Positions 10,266 to 20,619 of a stretch of 64,000 bases of DNA are shown piece after piece. Every line of letters begins with the position of its first letter. Position 1 is the first letter of the stretch. The notes beneath the pieces are model-generated. The model saw nothing but the letters and a program-made list of their open reading frames with translations. It made no database searches and was not told the origin of the DNA. Location of the stretch: positions 186,001 through 250,000 of IMG/VR virus record IMGVR_UViG_3300027541_000009; one strand, 5' to 3'. The position numbers and the translations under genes are program-made.

Positions 10266-10472
10266 ATGTCTCAAACACAAGTAGATTTAATTTTAGATGG
10301 AGCAGTGGGGACTGCAGATATTGCCAATTCTGCAGTCACAACTGCAAAAATTGCTGACGGGAATGTTACGGCAGCAAAAATTGCTGCCGCAACTATCACA
10401 AAAGATAAACTTGCTGCTGATGTTTCTTTTAAGACTCCATTTACAACAAATGGATTTTCTAATCCTATTTGA
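10266..10472 (+). CDS. Small protein with (V/I)TxAKIA repeats
   Basis: 68 aa, AGGAGG SD; repeats of the type seen in tail-fibre shafts. Confidence 0.65.
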   Translation: MSQTQVDLILDGAVGTADIANSAVTTAKIADGNVTAAKIAAATITKDKLAADVSFKTPFTTNGFSNPI

Positions 10473-10736
10473 TTAGGTTCCGTCTTCTTTGATTACAATA
10501 ATATTGTAAGCACCGCATGTTGCACTAAATGATTGATTTGCGGAGAGAACAATTTCATTAGGAAAAACAAGAGGCTCACGACCTTTTGCTATACTTGTTG
10601 AACCTCCAGTAAGGGATATTCCACCCCAATTCATCAAAGTACAATTTGCCATGAAGTTTATCACTAATCTTACATTTTGACCGGTGCTATTGGTATATGT
10701 TGCATTAGTACTTCCACTTAAAACTTGAGAAGCCAT
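10473..10736 (-). CDS. Hypothetical late protein
   Basis: 87 aa, fills the gap exactly; minus-strand TATAAATA upstream. Confidence 0.7.
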   Translation of the reverse strand: MASQVLSGSTNATYTNSTGQNVRLVINFMANCTLMNWGGISLTGGSTSIAKGREPLVFPNEIVLSANQSFSATCGAYNIIVIKEDGT

Positions 10737-10760
10737 ATTAATTCTGAAATACTTTTATAA

Positions 10761-10772
10761 TATTTATAAATA
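10761..10772. promoter_or_regulatory. Bidirectional T4-type late promoter
   Basis: Palindrome TATTTATAAATA gives TATAAATA on both strands between divergent genes. Confidence 0.75.
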
Positions 10773-10798
10773 AGTAAAAAGGTAGGCGCTCTCCTCCA

Positions 10799-13720
10799 AT
10801 GGGAATAAATAAGAATTTTGTTGTCAAAAACGGTTTAGAAGTAAACAATAATCTTATCTTTGCCGACGCTACAAACGATAAAGTTGGTATTGGTACTACC
10901 GTAACAAGAGCAACTTTAGATGTTCGTGGTGGTATTGCCGCAACTCATATAAATTTAACCGGAATTGCAACTTTCCAAACTCTTGTACTTGAAGGACCAG
11001 TAGCTGCAGGAAGTCTAACAAGTTTAGGATCAACTGGACAGTATCTAAGAACAACTTATAGTGGAGTTGAGTGGTCAAGTTTTCCTAATTTTAGAACGGT
11101 ACAAACTTATACTGCTTTTGATGGACAATTTGAGTTTCCATTTACTCATACACCAAATGAACTTGATGTTTTTGTCAATGGTGTAAAATTATCAAGTTCA
11201 GAATACTATGATAGCAGTGTCGATGTAACTTTAGTTTCTTCAACAAATCAGGGTGATATTGTAGAACTTGTTGGTTATGGTGTGCTCGGCGCATATACTG
11301 GCGGATCAACTATTAATGGTATTACAGTTCTTGATGAAGGAACACCTGTAGGTACAGTTGATTTAGTTACATCAATTAACTTTGTTGGCGGTGATGTAGT
11401 TGCTGCTGGCACGGGTGCAGGAGTTACAGTATTCATTACACCAACTGACATAAACTATATCGATGGTGATGCAAGAATCACTGGAATATTGACTGTAGGT
11501 TCTTCAAGTGTAACTATAAATGGTCCACAAAATAAAATTGATACTGGAACTATCACAACTGACGAATTAAATGTAACTGGACAACAATATTCAAGTTTAA
11601 ATTTTACAAAGACAGTAGATAATCCAGTTTCTATTGGATCAACAGAAATAATTTTAGACAGTAGTTCCGATATTATAGTTGGAGATAGAATTACTGTAGT
11701 TGGAGTGCTAACTTCAGCACCTGTTGTTGCAATAACTACAACTGCAGTTACTCCATATAATAGAACATTTTTAAATACTTCAACAGCAATTAACACTGGA
11801 ATAGGTTCAACAGCAATTGGTGTTGCAAGTACAATTGGAGTATCTGTTGGAAGTTCTATCAGTATCGTTGGTATTTTTACAGATGTTCCAGTTGTTGGAT
11901 TCTCAACAATTTTAGTTCAAAGTGGTTATGTTAATGCGGTTTTAATCAGTCCCGGATTTGCAAAAACCACTGTAATCCCGATTAATTCTCCAGTAGGATT
12001 CTCAAGTAGAGTTACTCAAAAAGATGTAGTTCAAATTGGAGCATCCAGCACAATATCAACCGGAATTAGTTCTGCAAGTTCTGTATTGGTACAAAGATTT
12101 GTAAATTCTTCCGGTCTTTCTGTAGGAAATGTATCAATATCTGCGGGTATTGTTACTGCATCATCTGGTATTATAACATACTATGGTGATGGACAATATT
12201 TACTTGGCGTAAGTGTTGGTAGCACCCAATATTGGAATAAAACATCAGTTGGAATTCATACATTATCTAATGTCGGCATAGGAACAACGGCAAAATCAGC
12301 ATATTCTTTAGATGTAAATTCTGATATTAACTTTGGTGGTTCATTATATCAAAATGGCAGTCTTTTTGTCGCTTCGCGTTGGACTACTGGAGCAGGAACA
12401 ACAATTTACCGACAAAGTAGAGTTGGTATAGGTACAACAAAAGCAGATACTGACTTGCATGTACAAGGAGATCTTAAAGTAACGGGAAATATCTTAGATA
12501 AAGATGGAAATTTTGGTTCTTTGGGTTATGTCTTAGGAAGTGATGGTTCTAATGTTTCTTGGATTAATAGTTCAACATTAGGAATCCAAGGTGCTCAAGG
12601 AATTCAGGGACTTGATGGTATTCAAGGTCTCATGGGAATTCAGGGAAATGAAGGTTATGTTGGTCAAGATGGTTCCCAAGGTTCTCAAGGTGTTCAAGGA
12701 ATTCAAGGTAGATCAAATCAAGGTGTTCAAGGTCTTCAAGGTTCTAATGGAACACAAGGCACTCAAGGCACCAGTGTTCAAGGAAGAGAGGGAGCCTTTG
12801 CTGGTCAGGGAGCGCAAGGAACTGAAGGTTCACAAGGAACTCTAGGTCCTCTCGGCAATACAGGTCCACAAGGTGTTCAAGGTACTCAGGGACTTGCTGG
12901 ACAAGATGGTGTATTATTGAATGTTGGGTCTTCTGGTTCATTTAATGTTGTTCTAACATCATCCTCCGCAGGAGTTACTACTCAAATTTCAAGTTCAGAT
13001 TCGTCAAAACCATTTGTTTTTGACACATCTATTCCCGGTGTTGGAATTGGAACAACAACAATCAGTAGCAATTTGCATATTGGTGCTGGTAGAACAACTC
13101 CTAATGGAGCTCCAATCAAAGTTAATGCAGGATCTTTATTAACAACGCCAGAATCAAATGCAATTGAATATGATGGAGTGAATCTATTCGTAACACAAAA
13201 TGATATTACAAATGGAACTAAGAGAGCATTTATTGACTCAACGCAATTTTATAGATTAAATGCAAACGGTAGTGATATTAGTGCAACAACGGCAGAAACC
13301 TCAGTTTCTTGGTTTGGAAACAATGTAGGAGTTTCACTTCTCTCTGGACATTATTATGAAATTGACTATAATCTCTTCTTCACGAAAACGACAGCAGGAA
13401 CTTGCACATTGCTCTTCAGTTCTTCTTCCGGGTCTGGATTTGCATCATTAACTGCAACTGGTAATGTTACTGGTAATATTGACATTGTTGGTGGAAGAGT
13501 ACTTGCAGGAACTGGTCAAACAGTCACAATGTCTCCATCAGCATCTATTATTAATGGTGCAGGAGGATTGATTCAGGTTAAAGGACTTGCTATACCATCT
13601 GCAGACTGCAGAGTGACTTTAAAAGCATTTGTCAGTGCTGGTACAATTACGCCGCTTAAGGATAGTTATCTAAAAATTAGGTGCTTAGGAAATTCAGACT
13701 CAATTGGAAATATTGCTTAA
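10799..13720 (+). CDS. Tail fibre protein with collagen-like G-X-Q domain
   Basis: 973 aa; KNFVVKNGL N-terminus, VGIGTT repeats, G-X-Q triplets at about 12580-12910. Confidence 0.85.
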   Translation: MGINKNFVVKNGLEVNNNLIFADATNDKVGIGTTVTRATLDVRGGIAATHINLTGIATFQTLVLEGPVAAGSLTSLGSTGQYLRTTYSGVEWSSFPNFRTVQTYTAFDGQFEFPFTHTPNELDVFVNGVKLSSSEYYDSSVDVTLVSSTNQGDIVELVGYGVLGAYTGGSTINGITVLDEGTPVGTVDLVTSINFVGGDVVAAGTGAGVTVFITPTDINYIDGDARITGILTVGSSSVTINGPQNKIDTGTITTDELNVTGQQYSSLNFTKTVDNPVSIGSTEIILDSSSDIIVGDRITVVGVLTSAPVVAITTTAVTPYNRTFLNTSTAINTGIGSTAIGVASTIGVSVGSSISIVGIFTDVPVVGFSTILVQSGYVNAVLISPGFAKTTVIPINSPVGFSSRVTQKDVVQIGASSTISTGISSASSVLVQRFVNSSGLSVGNVSISAGIVTASSGIITYYGDGQYLLGVSVGSTQYWNKTSVGIHTLSNVGIGTTAKSAYSLDVNSDINFGGSLYQNGSLFVASRWTTGAGTTIYRQSRVGIGTTKADTDLHVQGDLKVTGNILDKDGNFGSLGYVLGSDGSNVSWINSSTLGIQGAQGIQGLDGIQGLMGIQGNEGYVGQDGSQGSQGVQGIQGRSNQGVQGLQGSNGTQGTQGTSVQGREGAFAGQGAQGTEGSQGTLGPLGNTGPQGVQGTQGLAGQDGVLLNVGSSGSFNVVLTSSSAGVTTQISSSDSSKPFVFDTSIPGVGIGTTTISSNLHIGAGRTTPNGAPIKVNAGSLLTTPESNAIEYDGVNLFVTQNDITNGTKRAFIDSTQFYRLNANGSDISATTAETSVSWFGNNVGVSLLSGHYYEIDYNLFFTKTTAGTCTLLFSSSSGSGFASLTATGNVTGNIDIVGGRVLAGTGQTVTMSPSASIINGAGGLIQVKGLAIPSADCRVTLKAFVSAGTITPLKDSYLKIRCLGNSDSIGNIA

Positions 13721-13764
13721 TTATTTCGCTCCAATTCTAAATAAGACATAGGAGATCTACAAGA

Positions 13765-15018
13765 ATGGCATACAACAGAGAACTATCGCAGTTTGCATCT
13801 TATTTGGGTGTAAATGATGCGGCTAAAAGAATAGGAATATTAACAGATATAAATGTTTCTGGTGTTGTTACTGCCAATTATTATCATGGAGATGGTAGAT
13901 ATTTAACTAATATTGTCGCATCATTTGTTCCAACGGGTCCAGCAAAATCAATTCAATTGAATAATGGTGGATATCCTGCGGGTGCAAATAACTTTTTTTA
14001 TGATACAGGTACTGATAATGTTGGTATCGGAATTTCAACTCCAACATCAAAATTTCATGTAACTGACACTTCTCTTTTTACTGGAATTTCCACATTTACA
14101 AATACTACGCTTTTTAGAGGAAATCCAGTTATAATTGGATCTGCCACTTCAACTGGCACTCCATCACAATCACTTCAAGTAACTGGCAACGCATATATAT
14201 CATCAAGACTTGGAATTGCTCTTACAGTTACGCCAACAACTCAAGTTTCTATTGCCGGAACTTTAGGATTATCTGAAGTTGGTGGTACTGGGAATAGAAC
14301 TCTGATAACATCAACTACAGGTGGATTAATCATTAATCATAATGATTCTCAAGATATTATATTCCAGACTAACTCTACAAATAGATTTAGATGGAGACAC
14401 GCTTCAAGTGCTCTATTAATTGGCGCAGATACCCCAACTGGAACGGCAAACCAAAGACTTCAAGTTGCTGGCGGTGCATATTTTAACGGATCTTTGGGTA
14501 TTAATTTTGCTGCTCCAACATCAGCTCTTTATGTTGATGGCGATTCTTTCATATCCGGAGTCACAACATCAGCAAACTTTAATATAACAGGACAATACAG
14601 AGCAGGCAATGTACCAGTTATTGATTTCAACCGAAGATTATTAAATATCACAGCAGGTGCAATCGTTGGTATAAACTCTAATGGAATATATGTTGGTGCA
14701 GGTCTTACGACATTAGACTTTGTTGGAACTGGAGTAAGCGTTAGGGTCAATAACTCAACTTCACGAATTGAAGTTGCAATGAGAGATGAAGGTATTCTTG
14801 GATCATATGTTGAAGATGCAAAAGATATGTTTGGGCATCTACCTTTTGAAAAAAGAATATTAGCGAATGAAACAATCACAATTGGAAATCAAAATACAGG
14901 AGTCTCGTCAAGTTATGTTGTAGGAAATTTTGCAAAGTTAGTGATAGATTTTAACGGAACTTTAAACATTGATTCCAATAAGGTTGTAGTTATAAATCCA
15001 CTGGGATTAAATAAATAG
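13765..15018 (+). CDS. Tail fibre-like structural protein
   Basis: 417 aa; YHGDGRYLT and NVGIG.. motifs; CTAAATA late promoter upstream. Confidence 0.8.
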   Translation: MAYNRELSQFASYLGVNDAAKRIGILTDINVSGVVTANYYHGDGRYLTNIVASFVPTGPAKSIQLNNGGYPAGANNFFYDTGTDNVGIGISTPTSKFHVTDTSLFTGISTFTNTTLFRGNPVIIGSATSTGTPSQSLQVTGNAYISSRLGIALTVTPTTQVSIAGTLGLSEVGGTGNRTLITSTTGGLIINHNDSQDIIFQTNSTNRFRWRHASSALLIGADTPTGTANQRLQVAGGAYFNGSLGINFAAPTSALYVDGDSFISGVTTSANFNITGQYRAGNVPVIDFNRRLLNITAGAIVGINSNGIYVGAGLTTLDFVGTGVSVRVNNSTSRIEVAMRDEGILGSYVEDAKDMFGHLPFEKRILANETITIGNQNTGVSSSYVVGNFAKLVIDFNGTLNIDSNKVVVINPLGLNK

Positions 15019-15049
15019 ACTATAAATAACTAAAAAACAAATTAGGGAT

Positions 15050-16312
15050 ATGTCTCAACTAAATGTTGATAATATTGCAAATAGATTAGGGACAGGTGGA
15101 CCTACTGTTCCTGCTTTGACATCTACGGGTAGCATTACTGTTCAAGGAAATCTGAATGTAACTGGAATTACAACTCTTTCTTCAGCCAATTTCCCCTCGG
15201 GATTTACCGTTTCTAGTGGTACTATTACTGCACCTACTTTTACATCAAATACTGCTTCAGGCACCGCGCCATTTACAGTTTCATCTACAACTAAAGTAAA
15301 CAATCTGAATGCAGATTTACTTGATGGATATGATAGTTCGATATTTTTTAATGCAGGAAATCTTAGTTCTGGTACAATACCAACTGCAAGATTAGCATCA
15401 GGTACTGCTAACTCAGGAACTTTCTTAAGAGGTGATCAAACTTGGCAACCAGTCACATCTGCCGATTATAACTCTCTTGAGCAGATTTTTGGCGGAACAA
15501 GAAAAAGTATTTCGGCAATCTATAGTATTAATGCAAGACAAAATACTCTGAATGGTTGGGCAACTAATGGTCCTGCTGTAGCTGCTGGTCCATTGGTCAG
15601 CGATCTTCGTGCATATGGTGCCAATGGACAGTCTGATGCCGAACAGTGGTCTTGGTTTGGTTTAGGATTTATCCCAAGAGTAAATGATAGTACTTATAAT
15701 TATGGAGATACTGGACAAAATTATCCTCTCACTAGACAGCAGATGAATGTGACTGGGAATAATATAGGTTCTCAAGCTCTATCAGGAGCATATCCAAACA
15801 GTACTTCTTACAACCCCGTAAGCATCTTAATGATGCCAATTCGTAATCATTCCAACATTTCTAAGACAATTACAATTTATGGAATGCATTCATCATATTG
15901 GTCATCTGGACATGATGGAAGTTCTTTGTGGGTATATTCTCCGGGACAAAACGGAACTTATAGTGGAGTAACATCTGGTACTTGGACAAATCTTGGGCAA
16001 AGAACTGGTAATAGTAGTTACGGACTTACTTGGTCGGCAAACATTACAATTCCAGCACAAACAACTTATGTTGTCATGCAAGTTGCAACATCATACTATT
16101 GGACAAATACTGGTGGTATTTTTTGGATGTATGACCAAAATAAATTCTATAATTTATCATCTACTTTTTCTGATCCATATATTCAAGTTGATAGTAGAAT
16201 GATTAATACTATGAAATTTGCTGATTGGTATAGATACGGTCTAACTTCAACTAATCAGTATCAATTCTACAAAGTTTATAATGCATGTGCAGACATGTAT
16301 GGTAATAGATAA
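15050..16312 (+). CDS. Tail fibre protein (possible receptor-binding tip)
   Basis: 420 aa; NLNADLLDG and GTANSGTFLRGD motifs; aromatic-rich C-terminus; TATAAATA at 15021. Confidence 0.8.
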   Translation: MSQLNVDNIANRLGTGGPTVPALTSTGSITVQGNLNVTGITTLSSANFPSGFTVSSGTITAPTFTSNTASGTAPFTVSSTTKVNNLNADLLDGYDSSIFFNAGNLSSGTIPTARLASGTANSGTFLRGDQTWQPVTSADYNSLEQIFGGTRKSISAIYSINARQNTLNGWATNGPAVAAGPLVSDLRAYGANGQSDAEQWSWFGLGFIPRVNDSTYNYGDTGQNYPLTRQQMNVTGNNIGSQALSGAYPNSTSYNPVSILMMPIRNHSNISKTITIYGMHSSYWSSGHDGSSLWVYSPGQNGTYSGVTSGTWTNLGQRTGNSSYGLTWSANITIPAQTTYVVMQVATSYYWTNTGGIFWMYDQNKFYNLSSTFSDPYIQVDSRMINTMKFADWYRYGLTSTNQYQFYKVYNACADMYGNR

Positions 16313-16330
16313 TATAAAAGGAGTACTCTA

Positions 16331-16798
16331 ATGGCATACGTACAATTTAACGAACAAAATATTAGTACAGTTCAAGTATCATCTGAACAAGAAGGTGATG
16401 GTTGGTATTTAATTCCAACTGAACATGAAGGTCATAGTTTTTATAAACTTGTTGATGGGGAAGTAGTTCCATTCTCCGAAACTGAGGTTGAACAATTTAA
16501 TCGCAACACATTTAAGAAAAGTTATCAAACAGAATTAAAAACTAAAGTTTCTTTAGTTTTAACTGAAACTGATTGGTTAGTTCAAAGACATTCTGAACAA
16601 TCTAGTTCTAATGGAGAAACATCTTTATCCGATGCGGAATATTCAAGTTTAGTTGAATATAGATCAAATCTTCGTTTTCTTTCTAACGAAGATTTATATC
16701 CTGAAGAATATGTCTTTCCAGAATTTCCTCTGAAAAACAGATATTCGTTCAGTTCAATAAGTGATTTAGAATCTTTACTAAATTTAATTCCAAATTGA
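16331..16798 (+). CDS. Tail fibre assembly chaperone-like protein
   Basis: L.ETDWLVQR...YRSNLR.L motif directly after a fibre gene. Confidence 0.7.
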   Translation: MAYVQFNEQNISTVQVSSEQEGDGWYLIPTEHEGHSFYKLVDGEVVPFSETEVEQFNRNTFKKSYQTELKTKVSLVLTETDWLVQRHSEQSSSNGETSLSDAEYSSLVEYRSNLRFLSNEDLYPEEYVFPEFPLKNRYSFSSISDLESLLNLIPN

Positions 16799-16991
16799 AC
16801 TTGAGGTAGACACTCATAAAACTGTCCACTGACCTCCCAAAACCGACTTGGGAGGTTTTATAATGTCTAAAGACACCTGAGAAACGAATGAGGTACTCAA
16901 ATCTGAACCGACTGATTTTTGTCGGCAGTTTTGTATGGGTTGCTCATTGGGCAACCAAAGTAACCGAAGCAGTGTTTAATGCACTATTCTG

Positions 16992-17417
16992 ATGCTTACA
17001 TTATACACCAGTGGATACAACTATAGCAAGCGTCGTTGCAATCAAGTTGTAGATTGGTTCATTTCCAAACACCTTCCAAGATATAAACTTGAAATCATTG
17101 TCAATCATCGTGGAATGTTACGCGATGGAGTTTATGGTTGGGTAGGAGTAATTGGTTGTAATTGGAGACCAAGATGCTTTGAGATTGAACTACACAATCA
17201 TATGGACCCTGACCATTACACCAGAACCCTTCTACACGAACTCTGGCATGTTTATCAGCATGTTATGGGTGCTCTGAAGGATAAGCACGGAAAGAGGTAC
17301 TGGAGGGGCATAGACCACTCTGAGACGGACTATGAAGACCAACCATGGGAACAACAAGCATTTCAAATGGAAGAAGTGCTTTTCAATGAATACTTAGACT
17401 ACTTGACACAACACTGA
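16992..17417 (+). CDS. HExxH metallopeptidase-like protein
   Basis: TLLHELWHVYQH and downstream Y..QPWE..A motif. Confidence 0.7.
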   Translation: MLTLYTSGYNYSKRRCNQVVDWFISKHLPRYKLEIIVNHRGMLRDGVYGWVGVIGCNWRPRCFEIELHNHMDPDHYTRTLLHELWHVYQHVMGALKDKHGKRYWRGIDHSETDYEDQPWEQQAFQMEEVLFNEYLDYLTQH

Positions 17418-17431
17418 AAACTCTGTACAAT
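17403..17431 (+). promoter_or_regulatory. sigma70-type promoter
   Basis: TTGACA-17 nt-TACAAT. Confidence 0.75.
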
Positions 17432-17455
17432 GACCTTTGTGGAGGTTGAAAAACT

Positions 17456-17674
17456 ATGATCACTATGAAAGCTCCTAAGACCAAGAAGAAATTTGTAAGT
17501 GTAACACCGCTAAGTTCCAAGGCAAAGAATCGCTTTGTGAATATCATGCAATCACTTCATACAATGGAAGTGGAACAAGAAACTGATAACATGTTATTTT
17601 TGGTTTCTATCAATCGACAATACTGCACTTGGATTCCCAAGTCTGGTAATGAACATTGGAAAATTGAGAAATGA
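17456..17674 (+). CDS. Hypothetical protein
   Basis: 72 aa after promoter, GGAGG SD. Confidence 0.7.
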   Translation: MITMKAPKTKKKFVSVTPLSSKAKNRFVNIMQSLHTMEVEQETDNMLFLVSINRQYCTWIPKSGNEHWKIEK

Positions 17675-17982
17675 TTGGATTGATTGCTGCGTTGACTTGT
17701 GGAATTTCTACATACTATGGAGTCGGAGACGGATTTCATGGAAAAGTTACTGCGAATGGTGAGCGGTTTGACGCTTATCGTTGGACTGCAGCTCACCCTT
17801 ATCTACCTATGGGTTCACGCATACGGGTGACAAATCAAGACAATGGTAAACAAGTTATTGTTCGTGTAAATGATCGTGGTCCATACTCACATGCTGATTT
17901 GGATCTTTCTTATGCTGCTTTTGCTCACATTTCTTCTGTAAAAAAAGGTAACGCTGTCGTTTGTTGGAGGGTTGTTGGATGA
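17671..17982 (+). CDS. rlpA: RlpA-like (DPBB) lytic transglycosylase-family protein
   Basis: YYG...FHGK.TANGERFD....TAAH..LP.GS..RVTN..NGK.VIVRVNDRGPY...DLSYAAF signature. Confidence 0.9.
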   Translation: MIGLIAALTCGISTYYGVGDGFHGKVTANGERFDAYRWTAAHPYLPMGSRIRVTNQDNGKQVIVRVNDRGPYSHADLDLSYAAFAHISSVKKGNAVVCWRVVG

Positions 17983-18356
17983 AAAAACTGATTGTTCTTG
18001 CTGCACTATTGTTTGGTTCTCCTGTTTTTGCACAGTCTGCACCAGTAGTTCCTAAGGTAAAAGTTTATCGTCCTTTTGTATATGAAACAAACTGTATTTT
18101 AGAGTATGGTGTTCAAACCTATGATGATGTTTGTAAAGTCATTGAAACTCGTGAAACTGGTGGAGCATTGAGAACTCGTAACATTTTCTCCAATAAGTTT
18201 GGTTTGACTATCAAAGGACGGTTTGATAAAGAGAAAGGATATGTGACTTGGGATAGTCACAACAAATTTGAATATAAGTTTGATTATAAAGTTGGTGGTA
18301 GTGGTTGGACTTATGTAATGCCAGGTGTTCTTCTTGAAAATATTAGTTGGGACTGA
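17979..18356 (+). CDS. Hypothetical exported protein
   Basis: Signal-peptide-like MKKLIVLAALLFGSPVFA; ATGA overlap. Confidence 0.7.
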   Translation: MKKLIVLAALLFGSPVFAQSAPVVPKVKVYRPFVYETNCILEYGVQTYDDVCKVIETRETGGALRTRNIFSNKFGLTIKGRFDKEKGYVTWDSHNKFEYKFDYKVGGSGWTYVMPGVLLENISWD

Positions 18357-18529
18357 TGAAAGTTACTGAACATAACATTCAAGATACAGACTTGAATTTG
18401 GACGATATTATCGAACTAATTCGATTGGTTAAGAAAGAATCAAAAGAGCATGAAGATCGTGCTGTTTTGCTACGCTATGGTGTTTTGATTGGTAAGTTGG
18501 TCTGCCTTCGACATGACTTAATTTCTTAA
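18356..18529 (+). CDS. Hypothetical protein
   Basis: TGATG-coupled ORF. Confidence 0.55.
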   Translation: MKVTEHNIQDTDLNLDDIIELIRLVKKESKEHEDRAVLLRYGVLIGKLVCLRHDLIS

Positions 18530-18573
18530 AAAATTATAAACTACCTTAAATAGTAGTAGAATAGGAGAAAACC

Positions 18574-18738
18574 ATGGTTGTATTTCTTACTGCAACCATT
18601 ATTACTTGCTCTGACGCATTGAGTGTGATTCAACGCATTTCTAAAGTTGTGGGATTAACTGAAGTTCAAAGAACAGAAATTATTCAAGAAATCCGCAAAG
18701 TTATTCCTTCCTGTCCCGTTAAAGTAGTAAAACAATGA
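18574..18738 (+). CDS. Hypothetical protein (54 aa)
   Basis: AGGAG SD, read manually (MVVFLTATIITCSDA...). Confidence 0.6.
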   Translation: MVVFLTATIITCSDALSVIQRISKVVGLTEVQRTEIIQEIRKVIPSCPVKVVKQ

Positions 18739-18908
18739 ATGAAGAATCTCAAATTGACAAGTGGAATCGTGGACTGACTCTCTTTGAGGAAAGTGTATTG
18801 AAACCAGATCCTGAACTTCGCAACTGTGCTCATAACCAAAAGTGTTTTAATGAACTTATGGCAGTTCGTGAACAAGTCCTACAATATCTTAAGACATTGA
18901 GACAATGA
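18735..18908 (+). CDS. Hypothetical protein (57 aa)
   Basis: ATGA-coupled on both sides, read manually. Confidence 0.6.
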   Translation: MNEESQIDKWNRGLTLFEESVLKPDPELRNCAHNQKCFNELMAVREQVLQYLKTLRQ

Positions 18909-19144
18909 GTTCTTATACCTTTTGGTTGATTATATTTGCTTTTGTTTTGTATTTTATTGCTACAGACCAATCAGTAGCGAGGGCATTTTATATGCTAACT
19001 CAACTAGCAAGAGTACAGTATGAAAAGACAAAGTGGTGGATTTTACATAATCCAGCAAATCCAATTGTAAAGTATTTTATGTGGAGAAGAGCATATAAAC
19101 TTGCGAAGGAATTGCAACAGGAGTTAAAATCAAGAAATAAATAA
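18905..19144 (+). CDS. Hypothetical membrane protein
   Basis: N-terminal hydrophobic segment. Confidence 0.65.
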   Translation: MSSYTFWLIIFAFVLYFIATDQSVARAFYMLTQLARVQYEKTKWWILHNPANPIVKYFMWRRAYKLAKELQQELKSRNK

Positions 19145-19164
19145 ACATTATCTGAGTAATACAT

Positions 19165-19482
19165 ATGCTCTCCACTCAATACCGTCTTCGCCTTGAAGCA
19201 ATCTGTGAGCGAATTGTAAAAGGCGAATCTGTAGAGTTAAGCGACATGATTTGGGCAGAGAAGTTGGCAAAAGCAAATCGTTCCGCTGCAACACTTCTAA
19301 GGCAAGCAAGACGCCGTGCTGCAAATCCAGATATGCAAGAAGGAAGTTTAGATGACTTTATGAACGCATTGGATTTGGGTGATCCCGACCCTTCAAATCA
19401 CCGCACTGGATTCAATGGAGCTGATGATATTATTGATTTCTTCACAGGAGACAAACCAGACGATTGGCGACAAAGAGACTGA
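19165..19482 (+). CDS. Hypothetical protein
   Basis: 105-aa ORF with phage-like codon use. Confidence 0.75.
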   Translation: MLSTQYRLRLEAICERIVKGESVELSDMIWAEKLAKANRSAATLLRQARRRAANPDMQEGSLDDFMNALDLGDPDPSNHRTGFNGADDIIDFFTGDKPDDWRQRD

Positions 19483-19703
19483 TGAAATATTTACTTTTAC
19501 TTTTGCCATTTGCAACTCTACCCGCAAGTGCTATCACTTGGAGAGAGTTTTGGGAACCTTTTGAACCAAGAGTTTATTATAGAGAACCAATTTGCACAGA
19601 AGTTGTGTATCGTGAAGAATATGTGCCAGGCAATAGATGGAATCCTGGATATGTAAGGACTTGGAGAGAACGAGTCAGAGTTCCTTGTTCAATTTATAAT
19701 TAA
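19482..19703 (+). CDS. Hypothetical exported protein
   Basis: MKYLLLLLPFATLPASA signal peptide. Confidence 0.65.
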   Translation: MKYLLLLLPFATLPASAITWREFWEPFEPRVYYREPICTEVVYREEYVPGNRWNPGYVRTWRERVRVPCSIYN

Positions 19704-19812
19704 GTTGTATTAAGCAATCCACATAAACCTCCTAGATAGTGGTAGAATAGTAAGGTCATAAAAATGAACTGAAAACTCTTTATTATGATATTCTTTGTGC
19801 GTGGAGGTCATT

Positions 19813-19986
19813 ATGCACAATTTAATTTCTTACAATCAACTTGCTGGGTGGAAAAAAATCGGTAATACGCTAGATGAGTTTATAGACCAGCACGAAATTA
19901 TGAATTCATATTTTGAATGTCTAACTGAATGTGATGAGGATACGCAGAGTTGTAGAAGAATATGTAGAAAACTCTTGACCACATAG
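19813..19986 (+). CDS. Small Cys-rich hypothetical protein
   Basis: GGAGG SD; C-x3-C-x6-C-x3-C C-terminus. Confidence 0.65.
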   Translation: MHNLISYNQLAGWKKIGNTLDEFIDQHEIMNSYFECLTECDEDTQSCRRICRKLLTT

Positions 19987-20064
19987 ACCAGTTTAAAGTC
20001 TGTCCATTCACCCTTGACTTTCGCGGTCAAGGGTTTTATAGTAGGTGCATAGACATCCAAAGCA

Positions 20065-20619
20065 ATGACCTACACAGCAAAACTCAAAGTTTCTTTTGAT
20101 ACTGAATGGACTCCAAGTTATTCGTCTGGAATGTATGACGACGAAACTCTTCCTGAGGAGCATTATACTTTTGAGATTCCCTGTGAAGACATCAACACCA
20201 TTCAACTCTTCCGTTTCTTTGGAACTGTTGCCCGCACGATGGGACATAATGAAATTGGTATTATGAAAGGTGCTTGTTCGCTTGCATTTAATGATATGCG
20301 TAGTGAAGAAGATATGCGTAAAATTTCGGAAGAGTTTGAGCTGATGATGTCAGAGGATTATTCTAAAGAACTCCGTAGGTTGGAAGATGAGATTTATGAT
20401 CTGAAAGCAAAACTTTCACGCTGCCAGCAACCCGAAAATCCTCAATATACCGATGAGGAAATGTCAGCAATGACTCATCAAGAATGGAATGGTGTTGTTC
20501 CTGGGTCTCCTGAAGCAGTTGAGAAAGGTTGTAAGTGTCCTGTAATGGATAATGAAGAGATGCCTGAAGAACGCAAGTGGGTTAATGCTGATTGTCCTAT
20601 TCACGGTAAAGTAAAATGA
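20065..20619 (+). CDS. Hypothetical protein (C-terminal GCKCPVMDN..CPIH)
   Basis: First gene after a class-2 promoter. Confidence 0.75.
   Translation: MTYTAKLKVSFDTEWTPSYSSGMYDDETLPEEHYTFEIPCEDINTIQLFRFFGTVARTMGHNEIGIMKGACSLAFNDMRSEEDMRKISEEFELMMSEDYSKELRRLEDEIYDLKAKLSRCQQPENPQYTDEEMSAMTHQEWNGVVPGSPEAVEKGCKCPVMDNEEMPEERKWVNADCPIHGKVK

Noticed and set aside
12580-12910. CAAGG-rich periodic DNA as a non-coding repeat; ORFs 12591(+) and 12744(-)
   Set aside because: Explained by collagen-like Gly-X-Gln codons in the fibre gene; the overlapping ORFs are shadows.
4904-14879. Minus-strand ORFs inside the large structural genes
   Set aside because: Antisense shadows with no SD, promoter or motif; only 10473..10736 is intergenic and promoter-supported.
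10799-16312. Diversity-generating retroelement or invertible fibre cassette
   Set aside because: No reverse transcriptase or invertase, and I saw no TR/VR-like adenine-variable duplicate.
19813-19986. CP12-like auxiliary metabolic gene
   Set aside because: Lacks the AWD.VEEL core and the C-terminal C..NP...EC..YD motif.
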